Positions 47,789 to 61,581 of a DNA stretch of 64,000 bases are shown here, piece by piece. The notes beneath the pieces were generated by a model. The model worked only from the letters and a program-made list of their open reading frames with translations, had not been told where the DNA came from and did no database searches. Position 1 is the stretch's first letter, and each line of letters begins with the position of its first letter. The position numbers and the translations under genes were made by a program. This stretch comes from Antedon mediterranea (lineage: Eukaryota; Animalia; Echinodermata), in assembly GCF_964355755.1 (NCBI RefSeq), contig NC_092679.1, positions 8,090,201 to 8,154,200 on the forward strand, in the 5' to 3' direction.

Positions 47789-50640
47789 TTCATTCATTCA
47801 TTAAGTCTAATGATATTAATACAAACTCAGAAAAAGAAGCCAATTCACACTCATATTAAGCTCAAATCTTATCAATAAAACCGAAGCTTAAAAACTATAA
47901 ATGACAAAAAATTGAGATCGATCTCTTCATCAGCGGAACCTTAAGAAATCATCAACGTGGTGACTACTTCTACAGGTATAGAGTAGGAAATTAAAGATTA
48001 TAAAATAAATAACTTTATTTGAACAGACGCTTTTAGAACAGCGGCACACGTTTTATGACGGTGCGTTCATAAGTTTAAAGAAAAAGAAAAGGAAATGAAT
48101 TATACAATAGTTAATTAACAAATTAAAGTATGAAAATAAACTTTAAGATCAACGAATACAGTAAACACAAATAGAAATTTAAAAAGATTTACAGAGATGT
48201 ACACCAGTCTTTCTCTGCAACATTAAATACAATATACAGTGAAAATTAATAAACAAAATTATAAAGCAACAATGCAAATTAGCTCTTTTTTAACTCTGAT
48301 CTTTTTTTCCAGGCAACTTTAAGGAAATTCTTACAGTATTTGTCAAATGCTGTCAAGACAGCTTTACTAGGATCCAAGTTAATATCTCCCCCTAAAACTA
48401 TAGTAGTTTTTTCATTAACATCAGCATTTATAAAATGTTCCCATGTTGCAGACTCATCCAAATTTTCAAGGTCATTATTTAGCTTCACTAATTGGATCTC
48501 CCTTATAGCATTAAAAGCTTCGCAATTAAATAAAAAATGCTGTACATTTTCTATTTCACCACTCTGACATATAGTGCAGTGGCCAGATATTTCTTTAGAC
48601 CATTTACAGGTTCGTCCATCTAGAGGTAAAGTGTTGGATCTTAATTTAAATTTTAAGCTTGCACCTGTGAAATTGGTTTTATCAAGAAGATAACTCTCAA
48701 GGCTAGGACTTTCTTTTAGTTTGGAGTAATCTTCAAGGGATGACTTTTGGTTTATATTATTTAACCAATCCAAAGTGTATGCATCTGCAACATGGTCATC
48801 TATGGTTTTAACAGAGAATGAATTAAAAGTATAATTTTCAGTATCAAAAACTTGTTCAAACATATTTAAGTCTTGGCATTTATCTAAAGTTTCTTTACAT
48901 AAAGCTAAAAAGTTGTATTTTAATGAATCAAAATCACTGTTGAGTTGAAACATGCAATGGAGTGAAATATTAGGCCATCTATTTACATTCATATTTATAA
49001 CACGTTTGAGGTATTTGATTTTAGTAATTTCATGTGTTTTTGATAATGGACTCCATCCTAAATCACCATATAGTGCTTGTTGCGGTGTGCATCTCGGAGC
49101 TTTTAGCAGGAATCTGGCCATTTGTAGCTGTAATTTTTCTAAATTGTAAATATCGCTTTTTGAATTACAGTGCCATACACCACATGCATAGTTAATCGAG
49201 GGAAGTGCAATTGTTTTCCATAGGATATTCCCGAAATAGACCCTATTGAAATCATCAAGATTTCCTATTATACCTTTAATATATGCGATTAGACGATTTC
49301 CTTTTTGTATAACATGTTGGTAGTGACCATGCTCTTTTTGATTTGCACAAATTATTACACCTAGATATTTATAATTGTTTACCTCAGTTATAAATTCATC
49401 TCCAATTTTCCATTTTTTATCACGATTGACACGTTTCCCAGTAACCATTACATTAGATTTGTCATAATTGAAGCTTAACTTCCACTCCTTTGCATATTTC
49501 CCTGCAATATCCAGCATTTTTAACATTTCAAATTCATTATTAGCTAGCAAAACAACATCATCGGCCCAAAAGAGGCCACCCATCCATGAACCATTCATTC
49601 TAACTCCTAAATCATTACTACGGAGCATTTTAACAAATTCATTTATGAAGATACAAAATAATATTGGGGATAAAACGCATCCCTGTTTTACACCCTTATT
49701 TACATTAAATTGATCTGTAAGATCATTCCCCATTCTAACCTTTGCTTTGACATTACTATACAAACACTTAATGATTCGCCAAACCTTTCCCCTTATTCCG
49801 ACATCCCACGCTGATTTTAATAGGCCTTCACGCCACACACTGTCAAAAGCTTTTCGGAAGTCCAGGAAGGCTAGATATGTATTTTTCCCTTCTTTTGTTC
49901 GACATGTTAGAATACTTTTAAGGGTAAAAATATGATCTTCACATCTATGTTGTGATCTAAAGCCTCCCTGGACTTCCGAGAGCAGATCTTCTTTTTCAAT
50001 GAAACTAGAGATATGCATAGAAATAACTCTGTTAAATATTTTTGATATACATGAAGTTAGTGAAATACCTCTATAGTTGTTTAAATCTGCTTTGTCCCCT
50101 TTTTTAAAGATTGGAACAATTATACTCAAGTTCCATTCACTTGGGATCTTTTCAATTTGAATTAATTTGTTAAATAACTGCATTAGAGACATTACAATTG
50201 CATTACCACCATTTTTAAGAAGTTCGTTCGTAATATTGTCAACTCCTGGTGCTTTATTATTTTTTGCAGCCAACAATGCTTCCCGTATTATCTGTAGATC
50301 CATTATTATATCTGTTAACAGGTTTTGATTATCATTGTTATTGTCATGAGTATTGTAAGATCTATTGTACAATTCATTAACTTCTCTGTTTATTAGATAG
50401 GAAAAGCAATCTTTATCTGTGTTAGGCTCACCAAGATTTTCCCAGTATTTTTTAGCATTGTCCAAAATTTCTTTTTTGTCTGTAATAATTTCCCCTGAAT
50501 CTAAAGATTTAATACAAGTGATACCTGATTTGTGTTTTCCATCAGCACTTTTTAAGATATTCCAGAAGTCCCTGCAGGAAGGCCCCCCTTTATTTGCAAT
50601 TTCAACAGATTTATTAACTCTACTCTCTATAATTTTCCTA
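47789..50640 (-). mobile_element. 5'-truncated LINE with open RT and C-terminal CCHC (RTE-X/Proto2-like; clade uncertain)
   Basis: ORF 48279-50465 has KAPGVD, NYRGISL, DFRKAFDSV, GVKQGCVLSP, WADD and CTIC...HFLFNC. 3' UTR of about 480 bp and (TGAA)n tail at 47789-47802. Confidence 0.9.
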
Positions 50641-50978
50641 CACCGCCCTCATTTACGTATCGGCAAGAAAACTGCGGAATATTCCATTATTCCTAACTCA
50701 TTAACATTCATCCTAATACGTATTATTAATAATACAACAAAAAATAAATTAATTAAAAGATTTTTGTACCCCGTTTAACTTCTTTAGATAGATTAATAGA
50801 TTAACTATAATAATATTTTTATCACTATGCCTTAATCAATAAAGAAAAACATTTTGATAGATATTTCGTTATTAATAAGATGGATAATGCGAGTTAATAA
50901 TTATAATATTCGGTGCTGCGTGGTGTTGTTGAGAAGTATAGATACGTTCTTAATCAATATCTTTAGAATTTCAAGCTG

Positions 50979-50988
50979 ATCACGTGAC
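50979..50988. promoter_or_regulatory. CLEAR-like E-box upstream of the LAMP-family gene
   Basis: ATCACGTGAC about 80 bp upstream of the ATG. The TFEB/MITF CLEAR consensus is GTCACGTGAC. Confidence 0.45.
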
Positions 50989-51066
50989 AAAATCAATAGG
51001 GCAAATTCAGTGTAGGTCATTCAATGACAGACGAAAGGAATTATAAAGAAATAGCAGGAGAAGAAA

Positions 51067-54000
51067 ATGGCGTGTTCTAATCATATATTTATCATCCTTG
51101 TCGTCGTTTTAATGTTACTTGTAGTAGGTAAGCGACAACATGTATATTTGTTATTAACTTAGTTGATATTATATTGATACAGGGGTTGTATCGTAAAGTG
51201 CTAGGAACGTTTTGCATGCAGAATATTATCGCTAATGCAGTCAATGGTCTTTGAGAACCGATGTATTTCCTGTGTGTTAATATGTATTTCTAGCACATGT
51301 AGAGACCGATAATGCTCAATAGCAAATGAGTATATTTTGATTGTACGAATGAAACTGTTAATATAATAAAGCGTGCATGTTATAAGCTAAAAATCATGTT
51401 CCGAATATTATGAGCACTGTTTCTATAATTTGACAGTATGATTTATATAATTATATATATACATATAGGCCTATTCAATATCATTATAGGAAAGACTGAT
51501 TTGTACATGAGTTTTTTTTTTCAATCGACGGGTTTAAGTAAAATTGTTTTTTTTTTCTCAAATTGTGATTTAACAGAGGAGACCCAACCCTAAATGCTAA
51601 TTTTATAACGTCTCATTTCTTGCGTCGTTATATGCGTGTCACTTCATTATAAGAATGTAAGAGATAAGCAAAAAAGAATGTGGAAACTTTACACCATGTA
51701 TATAAATATATATATTTATTGGTCTGTGTGAAATATACAGTCATGTAACATGAATTTATGATTTACGATTTACATTATGAAGATATTAGCAAAAGTTATG
51801 AATATGATAATGTACACATTTGGCATAGACAAGTCTAAACTGACCAGTTGTAACTGGAAATTAATTAATTTTTAAACGGATTAACAATCTCAACAATTTG
51901 TATTAATTTGTAAATATACATGAAATTCAAATTGCAAATCGTCAAATTTATTGGAACATTATAATCGTGATTTTCAAGAGTCGTTCAGTGATATTTGATT
52001 TTCTTTACTGGTGATCTAATAAAGTCTCGATTGTCGTCTGAAAACACGGCAATCGATTGTGTACACTTAAGATTTAATTAGTATTCACGTTTGTAATCTA
52101 AGTGCATAGACATTGTTAAATTATGTAATATATTGTGGTTACAACTCATGACGGCGGCTTAAATTGATGAACTTTGTGCAAAATCCTAACCGACGGCGGC
52201 ATTAATATTTAGGTGATACGACGCAAGGTCTGTGTATCATCTGCTTTTTCTTGTAAATCCGGGTTTTTGTGACGGCCTGCTATCAAACGACACGTGCTCT
52301 TTTTGTAATGTTAGTAACGTATATAGACTTTTCAAAAATACGTTACGAGCCCACGACGTGCGTTTTGAACGAAATAAGGGAACACGTGCACGTCAAACTT
52401 TTAATCGCCTTGAAAATAATGTAGGCATAATCAAATTTGTTTAGAAAATAACGTACCCTCAAATATTTCTTATTCAGATCAAACTTGTAAATAGGATTTA
52501 ACTCTTTTTTTTTACCAAAATAAGAAAATCATGTGTAAATTAACAAAATATAACATAAACCATTGCTCAAGTAAATAACAATTTACATAATGATTTTATT
52601 CAATTCAGCTAAGGGCCAATTCACTACAGAGTCGGACTCAATCGATTATCAGTCAGTTACAGAAACCTATGAAGAAAGTGAGTCAATAAAGTCAACAGAA
52701 TTATCATCAGAATCTTCAGCAGAACCTACATCAGAACCTACAACAGAACCTAAATCAGAACCTACATCAGTAGAGCCATTTACTGTAGGCAAGCCAACAA
52801 ATAAAATGAATACCACAGACGAACTACCGGTAAGGCTTTCGCGTCACTACATTTTGTCACCAAAAATCACTCTAAAGCAAGAGGCGCCCTTTCGTATTGA
52901 TGATGCAATCTCTTTTTTTATCCTCATTGACAGGTGGTGGTGCCATCCAAACCACTTGGTCCATATGAGTTCCAAGTTCTTGATGATGATACCGGTAAAG
53001 TTTGCATCAAGGCATATATTGAAGCAGAATTGATTGTTCATTACATTTCTTCAAAAAAGGTAGTTTTTGTATATTTGTATGCCTACAATATTAATAAAAC
53101 AACTTGAATGAAGTTGCTAAAATGTAATGTACGACTTTCCCGAATTGCTAATTTTTGTTTTCATAGACATCATTACAACAGGCAACAATTCCTGTTGATA
53201 CAAAATCTGAAGTTGAAGGTACATGCAATCAAGAACAAGCGATACTTACACTCGTTTGGTCTTCAAAATACCAGTATTCTCTGCAAACAACATTTAACAT
53301 GGTACGAAACTATTTGGCATTACTAATCATGTGTACTAGTCTTATAAACTTTTATATTTTATTTTATTACACCTCATTTATAGAGGGTGACCCTAAACAG
53401 CGTATGCTGACAATCAATTCACTTTTGTCTGTAGGTACCGTACGTATCACCACAATTTCGTAGAATATAAATACATTATAGTGTAGAACACAGCCTCCCG
53501 CAACCATTTTTGATCGCGACCCAATGCCCCTATTTAGGGAGTTCTCGCGACCCAACATTAAATTGGGAGAGAGGGGCGATGACGAAGCGAATTTTGTTAA
53601 ATGACACCATAAAGGGCCGGAAATGGTATCTCGCATGTAATGGCGGCCGGAAATGACACTTATTGATAATAGCGCGCTCTCAATTGGCAAAACGATCGTA
53701 GCCTACCTTTTCCGCCGGTATCTTATTAACAACGAACTATGCATCAAAAGCGTCGTTGGTTCCCAATTGTGTGTACGTTACTCGCCTTAACATAGGGAAA
53801 ATTTCACATCTAGATCATTCATATTGATAAACAGTTTTAACATCGGAAACAATTTCGCGATCCATCAATTTTTTTCGCCACCCAAACATTGGGTTGCCAC
53901 CCATAGGTTGTGAAACGATTAGAACATTATAAATTACAACAATCACGGTATTTCTTCCCGTTTAGATCAATGATTCAGTAAAATGTTCAAATTCAAAGAA

Positions 54001-54891
54001 CGGAATGTGTTGGATGTTGACGTCTATACAGTTCACGTACAATTCCGCTGATAGCACGTATTTCTACCACGCTAAAGACGGTGAGTGATGAATAAGGAAA
54101 TAAATAAATAGGAACGAGAATAAAGAAGGATTAGATAAAAGAGGGGAGAAGGGAGTTATTATGAAAAATTGTTGTGGGGTGTTGGGAGATTGAGATAAAA
54201 AGAGAGATAAGGAGAACAAAAAAAGAGTGCGGAGAGAGAGAACACTGTGAGCTAACGATGTTGAATGACGAAAGTGATATTTTTACCACTAACAAATACT
54301 ATTTTTTATTTATTTATTTTAGCTCGAAAAAAGACTGTGCAATCAAGCGTTAATAAAGAATTTTTCAAAACACCAGATACCATGTCTCAAACATGTAATA
54401 AAGATGTTCTATTAAAGCTACCAGCAGCGTCAGACAATAATAAAGATGAAGTTGATATTAAATTCATCAAACTACACATTCAGCCATTTAGTTTAGTGAA
54501 CAGTACATATGGACCCCGTAAGTTTTTTGGTCGTTTTGTCCGCGCACGTATTTATATTAGGTATGTATTACGTATTGTCAAACGCACACATACGTTTGTA
54601 TAAACCGACGTGTTTATAATAGTTGTGTACGACTTTTGTAATATTAATATAGACAGTTGTAACATAAAGTAATGTTATATGTTTTGTTTTCATACTTTTT
54701 AAAACCATTATTTTGTACCATATTCTGTAGGTAAAGAATGTGAGGAAGGTAATGCTGGGTCTCAAAGTGTCGTGTCAGTGGCCGTGGGAGCTACACTTGG
54801 TGTAGTTATCCTTATCGTTATAATCATATATGCAGTTGGAAGACGGATTGGCGCCATCAACGACAGAACTGGTTACAAGTCTGTAGACTGA
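51067..54891 (+). CDS. LAMP-family lysosomal membrane glycoprotein (CD68/macrosialin-like), about 337 aa, 7 exons
   Basis: Exons 51067-51127, 52609-52829, 52934-53059, 53167-53301, 53966-54080, 54323-54517, 54731-54891 (1014 nt). Signal peptide, S/T/E/P mucin stalk, one LAMP domain (VCIKA, GTC, SQTC, HIQPF, KEC), TM helix and tail GRR...TGYKSVD*. Confidence 0.88.
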
Positions 54892-56911
54892 GGTGTGACG
54901 TCGAATTTTGTTACTGTGACTACGATTTGAATGTATGTATTTAGATAATAAATACTGTAGGTTGAAATTAAGTATATTCATGCGTTATTCAAGTTTTCCA
55001 CATCGATACAAATCGTTTATTGATCCTAGGATAATATTAAATGAGATATTAAACCGTACGCCTACTGAAAATAATATTATTTTATTAACCTAGACTACCT
55101 AATTGTACGAGTTGCACTTGATCTTTGCAATGAGTGGGGATAACCATTAAATAAATACTCTTTGGGAACGATGGGAATCACTGAAGCAAAGTATCAACAT
55201 AAATTAATGTTCATGGTATTTTTAAATGTATTCATTGCTCTATAATCTATAATAATGTCATTATTTTGTATACAAGATAGTAACTGTCCATTCTTATAAA
55301 ATGTGCACTGGTTTGCTTAATTATAGTTTGTATATCGTTTGTTAGTGTCATGTGTGTATGTTTTAATTAATAGTTATGTCAGGCAAGAGTTGTTTGATTA
55401 TGTCGACTCTTTCATGACTCGAATAAGAACAAATTTAGACCACAAGGGAAAGTGTAACACAGGTAAACAGTGTGTATCAATTTATATTAAATGTATAATA
55501 TAATGTGAAATTGAATGTTAGTATTACCATGTCGATCCTATTTAGCAATAAATTAATTGATATTGAACTGTGACCTTGTAATGTTTTCACCCATACTGTC
55601 TTATTGATTATTTATCAGTCATCAATATTTATCGGCAAAGATGAATCCTCACACTCGACATTGCAATTCTGCGCCGTTTTAACCGCAATGTTTGGCAACA
55701 ACCAAAAGCGATAATAAAAAAAAGGGCGGTCGCATGGAATGGGTATACTTTGTATCTACGGAAGTCGCGATCGAAAAGGCACATATTATTATCCTGAGAT
55801 CCCTGTGATATGCACTTAAATCTCCATGGAGCTATTTTAACAATAGGTAAATGACAAGCACGAAGTCTTTAGCTAATATTAGTATAGGACCCTGTTGTTA
55901 CTCATCCAACTAAATTTACGTACGTTTAGATCATTTACTGCGTGCACTGTGGGCATTTTCTCTGGGGTTCAATCACTTCAGCACAATCCGTCGTACCTAC
56001 AATATAATCATTAAAAATGTACAGATAAAATACTCGATCACCATTAGGCTAGTAATTAACCAGTAATTTGAAGGCAGGATAAACATTATTTGCAAGGCTG
56101 GAAAATGTATATAAATCGATCAGTCACTCAGCCTGTACTAATCGCCATGCTGTAGGCACGTCCCTGCTGCTGTCTCCAGTTGTAAATACACTTAAAAATA
56201 CAAATTGAAGTTATTGATCAATAAAGAATATACAACAGCAAAACGGAAATGTCGATCTTATTAACATAGAAATATTTTTTAACTTGAATGATCAGTTTGG
56301 CAAATCGAACACCATTTATGCAGGTATCCCACAAATATTAAACAAAATATGGCTCGTTTATGTGTCGTTATTTGAAAACATAATAGTAATTCGTCGTCGG
56401 TATCTTTTTTATTGAAGAATTCTTCTTATTACTTTATCAATTGTAGGCGCTACTATTATATGTTTTTACCCTCATCATTGAAATTTTAGAAATCGATCAT
56501 GCATAAGATGTTTGTATCAATGAACTATTTCAAAGTATAGTTATTTATGACTGAATATTGATTTGTGCATAATCTATGTCATCATCACTATAGTTTACAA
56601 ATTCGAAGGTTATAAGTCTATGACGTCGTCTTCAATTTCGATTTTGTCCCCAAGATTACGTGCGTGAATGATTCTGCGGCGTCTTTCATTTTCGGTACAC
56701 CTGTTCACATGACCTGCTGTATTCACGCCTCCTCCTGGATACCGCGGGTAAACGGGTTGGCACACTGTGTGAAAGGACCAAGAACTTAAACATAAACAAT
56801 AACGTAATTTATGTGTAATTTATTCGACAAATATTACCTACTGTAAAAGAATAATTACCGGTATACAGCATGAATGGTTATTAAGTATAAATGACATTCA
56901 CCATAAAACCC

Positions 56912-56990
56912 CAGTGGTAGGCCTATAATGGTCAAGAAATCTGCATATCAAGCAGAACATTCCGTGTTCGAATCTCGGTTGTGGTCTGTG
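56912..56990 (+). mobile_element. Degenerate tRNA-like SINE head
   Basis: A-box-like TAATGGTCAAG, stem CTGC..GCAG and B box GTTCGAATC. No intact cloverleaf. Confidence 0.3.
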
Positions 56991-57183
56991 CCTGTGATGT
57001 GTATATAGGGATATTACACATACACACAGAGCCAACAGTTTGTCTTGGACTTGCGCACTTCATACATCATTTTATGCTATCCATTTTAAATATCTTGTTT
57101 TTAAACTTCTGCATTCTTCTTACTCATCTCATCCATTTTGTCTTGGTGAAAAGAGAGTGTATTTTACATTCCTCATTATAGCA

Positions 57184-57760
57184 GGGGAGTTTTCAGGTTT
57201 TATTCGTATCTTTTTCGAAAAATGGCTACCCTTTGAATACCCACCATCAAACAATTGTTTAAAATTTACTTTCCTCGTATTAGAGTATGGGTTCTCGGTC
57301 ATAAAACCATTAAAACCATTACATGACAAGTATAAATGACATTTATTAAAGTGCAGTATATATTTAGACCCAGCAGCAGTTGAAACTATGAATCTTCCGA
57401 TAGACTAGTTTAGATATCATTGGCACAATGGGCCTTGGTATACAGTTTGTTGTTCACCGTCTGATTAATATTGAAGTAATCAATGGTTGTTACATTGATA
57501 AAAACAATTATAATTACAGGTATTATGGTATACATTCAAATCTAGATTCTATGCAATATAAATAAAGTTAATAATTTTCGATGGCAATTTAATGATCTTA
57601 CTGAGTATACATGAATTGTAAAAAGAGTTTTCGGGTTTTGTTCGTATTTTTTTCGGAATATCTACCCTGTGAATACCCATCAAACGATTGTTTAAAATTA
57701 ACTTAATTACTTTAATTCCTTGTATTAGAGTATGGGTTCTCGTCGGGCATAAAACCATTG
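57184..57760. repeat. Diverged direct duplication of about 130 bp (57184-57310 and 57622-57760)
   Basis: Shared GAGTTTTC.GGTTTT.TTCGTAT...CTACCCT.TGAATACCCA...GTATTAGAGTATGGGTTCTCG...CATAAAACCATT. Confidence 0.75.
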
Positions 57761-60714
57761 CCCTTCACTATTAGTACCCTATTACGTTTGTTTGTCATTT
57801 TGACTGGTTTGGTAGCACAGCAACGCAATCAACATTAAACTGTTAAATTGCCTTGCGATATTGTAAATTGGAATAAAATCATTGTTTATGCTGTCATCAT
57901 GCAATAGACAGAATAATATTAATGTTATGCCACGTTGGTTTTACTTGGTTTCCATAGTTACCTGATCTTACATGTAAAAGGAAAGTTCCAGTACCTAATA
58001 AGCAAAAATAATAATAGGACATTTATATTATTCATTATCAACGATAGCGTACAGTATTGATTTGTGAGGCTGTTTTTTATGTAACAATAATAATAGTAGT
58101 AACATATCACTATGGTGTGTTTGGAGTCTAAAATCAGCAATTAGTGACCAATTTGAAATAATGTACGGTAGGCCTATGTAATTACCATATTAATAATCAA
58201 TAATATCACTGTTATATATCGTCATTACATCCAAGCAAGTAAATATCATCATATTTTTTTTGACTGCGTTTTATTTTCATAATTAAAGTCTATTGGTAAG
58301 TCCTGTATTACGAGAAGGCCCCACTGAATTGTGGTGGACAGCAGCTGACTGACTGCCCAACAATTGCAATGTGTTATCCTTTGATCAAATAAAAAACTTA
58401 CGCAAACATTTTATTTCCAACGAACGTAAGTCGCCGACTCGACTCAGTGGTTCATGGTTCGGGTATCGATCGAAGCACGGCTCGAATGAAACATTTCCTC
58501 ATCTTTTTATTAGTAAAATGAAATCAATCGTGCTTCGGTAACTTTCGCTTTGTGTGCCGATCACAATGTCGCAAATGAATAATGTGGAAAACGACAATAC
58601 AGACAAGACCATCGGAGTGTATCTACGATTCATGCATTTTCAATTTAATTGTATTTGTCAAGTGAAGCTGAATGTTTTGTGATGTTTGTCGCTGTATATG
58701 ATGGCTAAAATTGTTCGCTGGATCGTTTTCCTTATCCGACATCTTTATATAAGTCCGCTCGTGCGTAAATGATATCAAAATTGCATTCAGAACACGGTAC
58801 TTCTAAATGTCATCAATAAGTAATAAGTTCAATACTATCTTGATTATGTTTAGACAAAACGTGACAACCGACCCGTGAGCACATCTAATTTACATTTGAT
58901 CTAGTAGTATATCGTAGAAATTAATTTGATTTCAAATAAAATATACCCGTCACTGGATTTTAATGAATGATTTTTTTCAATATTGGGCGAAGGCGTGGTT
59001 AAAAATAGATTTCTAATAAATATTTTGCCTATCGCTTGCGGCGACTCAGTGAGCCTGCCAGAAAGCATTCTATAAGAAATATTTTATATTGCAAATTGAA
59101 CATAGTGGGCGCAAATGACGTAATCAATTATGCCGACGTCATTTTATTTATTTTTTTTTTTCGTCGTCGTATTATTCTAAACAGAGGTCTCTAATACCTT
59201 ATAATCTATTCATAAATAGGTGTTTTTTCTCGACGTGTATGTGTCGTCATAGAAATATTACAATGCTATTTGGTGTCATTGTTGTTTTTTAATAGATGCA
59301 TGGAATGTATACATTTTATATGTATATAGGCTTACTGTGTAAATATTTTAAACTACCAAATTGCATTGTCCCTCTTGACCTCTATTGTAAACTTAGGCGT
59401 AACTTAGGAAAGCATGTCCCGCCGAAACGTTAACTATATTCTATATTCAAGTGTAATTTGGTATAGAATTGCTGAACCTTTTACAAAATATATTCAATGC
59501 CATGTTGATGGTATTGGTATCTTTGTTTAATATTACGGTTTCATTGTATTGTTGTAGTTGAACAATCATAAATTATTCATTCAGGCAAAATGAATAATTT
59601 ATGATTAAAAACGGTATACAACAACATTTAGTATAGAATGTGTTGAATTGTTGATATAAAAAAAACACTGTTATTCAATTGTGCTGATTAAAACTAATTT
59701 ACATTTATCATAATAGAGGATTTGGACCAATGAAACCCTTTTTTAATAGTATCGTCACCCGTTCTCACATAGGCATAGCAGTTGTTCAGATTTCACTAAG
59801 TCACTCACGAGTATGTCGTCAAATGGCTACGTTTCAGAAATATTATTATGAAAGTAAACACACGTGCACGTAGGGGAAAAGAGTAGGGGATGTACTGCGT
59901 ATTGTACAACACTAAAATAATAACTAGCAAACAAAAACGTGTTTAGCTTGAAAAAAAATTGTTTATTGTTCATGTACCTTTTAAAATATTAATCAAATTA
60001 TTTTAATAAGGTACAAAATGTTTCATACTTAGACAATTGATTTGACCTATTATTAACGACTCTTATCGATTAGCCATGGCCATTGGCCACTCGTTCAGTG
60101 TTGTGGTGTAAGAGTCGTCATGTCAAATACTTGTATTCACTATTAGTAATAATTCGGTAACTAATGGAAACCAGCCATATAAATTATTTTGGAAAATTTC
60201 ATATTTGATAAAAAGTGCTTCAAATAAAATAATTAAGTGAATATATAAACCTCATAATTCCAAGGATTACACTTTAAAGTCCTGCAGGCTTAGATAACAA
60301 TACAATGAGTTTGTTTTAACCCAGTCTTCAACCCTCTCCGTTGTTCTTAAATTAGTGTATATTTGGCTGCGATTGTTAAAACAGTTAGTGGGTAAAATAA
60401 AGTGATAATACTGAGTCTATGCTGGGTTCATCATTGGTTGTTTTAAGTTGGGGTAACTCGTAGCCAAACAAATGTGGTAGTGGTATTTCAAATAGTTCAT
60501 TGCCGTCTTTATCGAAACAAAAAGTATATTATTCCTCTAGAGAAATTCTGGATTCGTTAATACTGGTATTTTTTACTTGATTATAATTCCATAAGCAAGC
60601 AATAGTTCACAATAGGGCAGCAATATTGTACAAGTAACACAGACCTTGTCTTAAATAGGCCTATTCTCGGTAATTATTCTGCCATATTAATTATCGCTCT
60701 CAACCAAACCTTGA

Positions 60715-61581
60715 TCATCTGCCGTCGATTGCACGAAGTTCTTTGTTTAATTCTTTGTCATCACTGTAAAGACCCGGGCTTGGGGGTGACGGTGCTTGTG
60801 GACGACCGTCTCCGTAATCGTCGGAACGACCAATAAACGTATGTTGTCGACGACCTCTAGCAGACTTGGGGCGCTGTGGCCTACTAGGACGAGGACTCGA
60901 TACTTCAACTTCATTATTGCATTTAATATAACCATAGTCATCCATTGATTCAGGACTGGGCATTTTTCTTCTACCGCGAGACGTCTGTGGTCGATCCATA
61001 CGAGACCCCGCCCTAGTGACGGGTCTAGGTGGTGGTGGATCGTCTGAATAACATTCAATGTTAGCACTCCGTTTTTGCGCTTTAGCCCTTTCCTGAGACA
61101 TTTCATAAGCCTTTATCTCCCTTTCTTTTGCCTTTTTTAGTTCAGAAAGAGGTGGCAAACGATAGTTAGTTGCTTCCCGCCGCATTGAATACACAGATGG
61201 TTTATTTACAGGCGTTTCTTTGTAAATTATGGCATTTGTTTCTTGTCGAGGTGAGTCAAAATATCCATCTTGTAAATCGTCATTTTCTGCAGGTGGAAAA
61301 GACTTAGATGGACCAACTTTTCTTTTAGGTCGGTGACCTAAATACCTTTGATCAGTATCTCTTGGACTGCTATCACCGCCATCACCTTTGCGTCCAATGG
61401 CAGGTAATGGTGCCAATGATCTCGAAGAAAGTACCTTATCAGTATGTTTTTTGTGATGAGTTGTTTGCTTTTGAATGTGTACAAGATCAAGAAGTTGCTG
61501 CACTGATGTTGGCGATGGACGCCTATGTTGCGAGCCCACATCTCCATCTACCTCTCCCATAGCCTGTCCTTTTAGTTTCAT
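60715..61581 (-). CDS. Uncharacterised 288-aa Arg/Pro/Ser-rich, probably disordered protein
   Basis: Long open frame with raised GC in an AT-rich background, ATG to TGA. No domain recognised. Confidence 0.65.
   Translation of the reverse strand: MKLKGQAMGEVDGDVGSQHRRPSPTSVQQLLDLVHIQKQTTHHKKHTDKVLSSRSLAPLPAIGRKGDGGDSSPRDTDQRYLGHRPKRKVGPSKSFPPAENDDLQDGYFDSPRQETNAIIYKETPVNKPSVYSMRREATNYRLPPLSELKKAKEREIKAYEMSQERAKAQKRSANIECYSDDPPPPRPVTRAGSRMDRPQTSRGRRKMPSPESMDDYGYIKCNNEVEVSSPRPSRPQRPKSARGRRQHTFIGRSDDYGDGRPQAPSPPSPGLYSDDKELNKELRAIDGR

Noticed and set aside
56912-56990. Functional tRNA gene
   Set aside because: The acceptor and D stems do not pair. It is at most a SINE relic.
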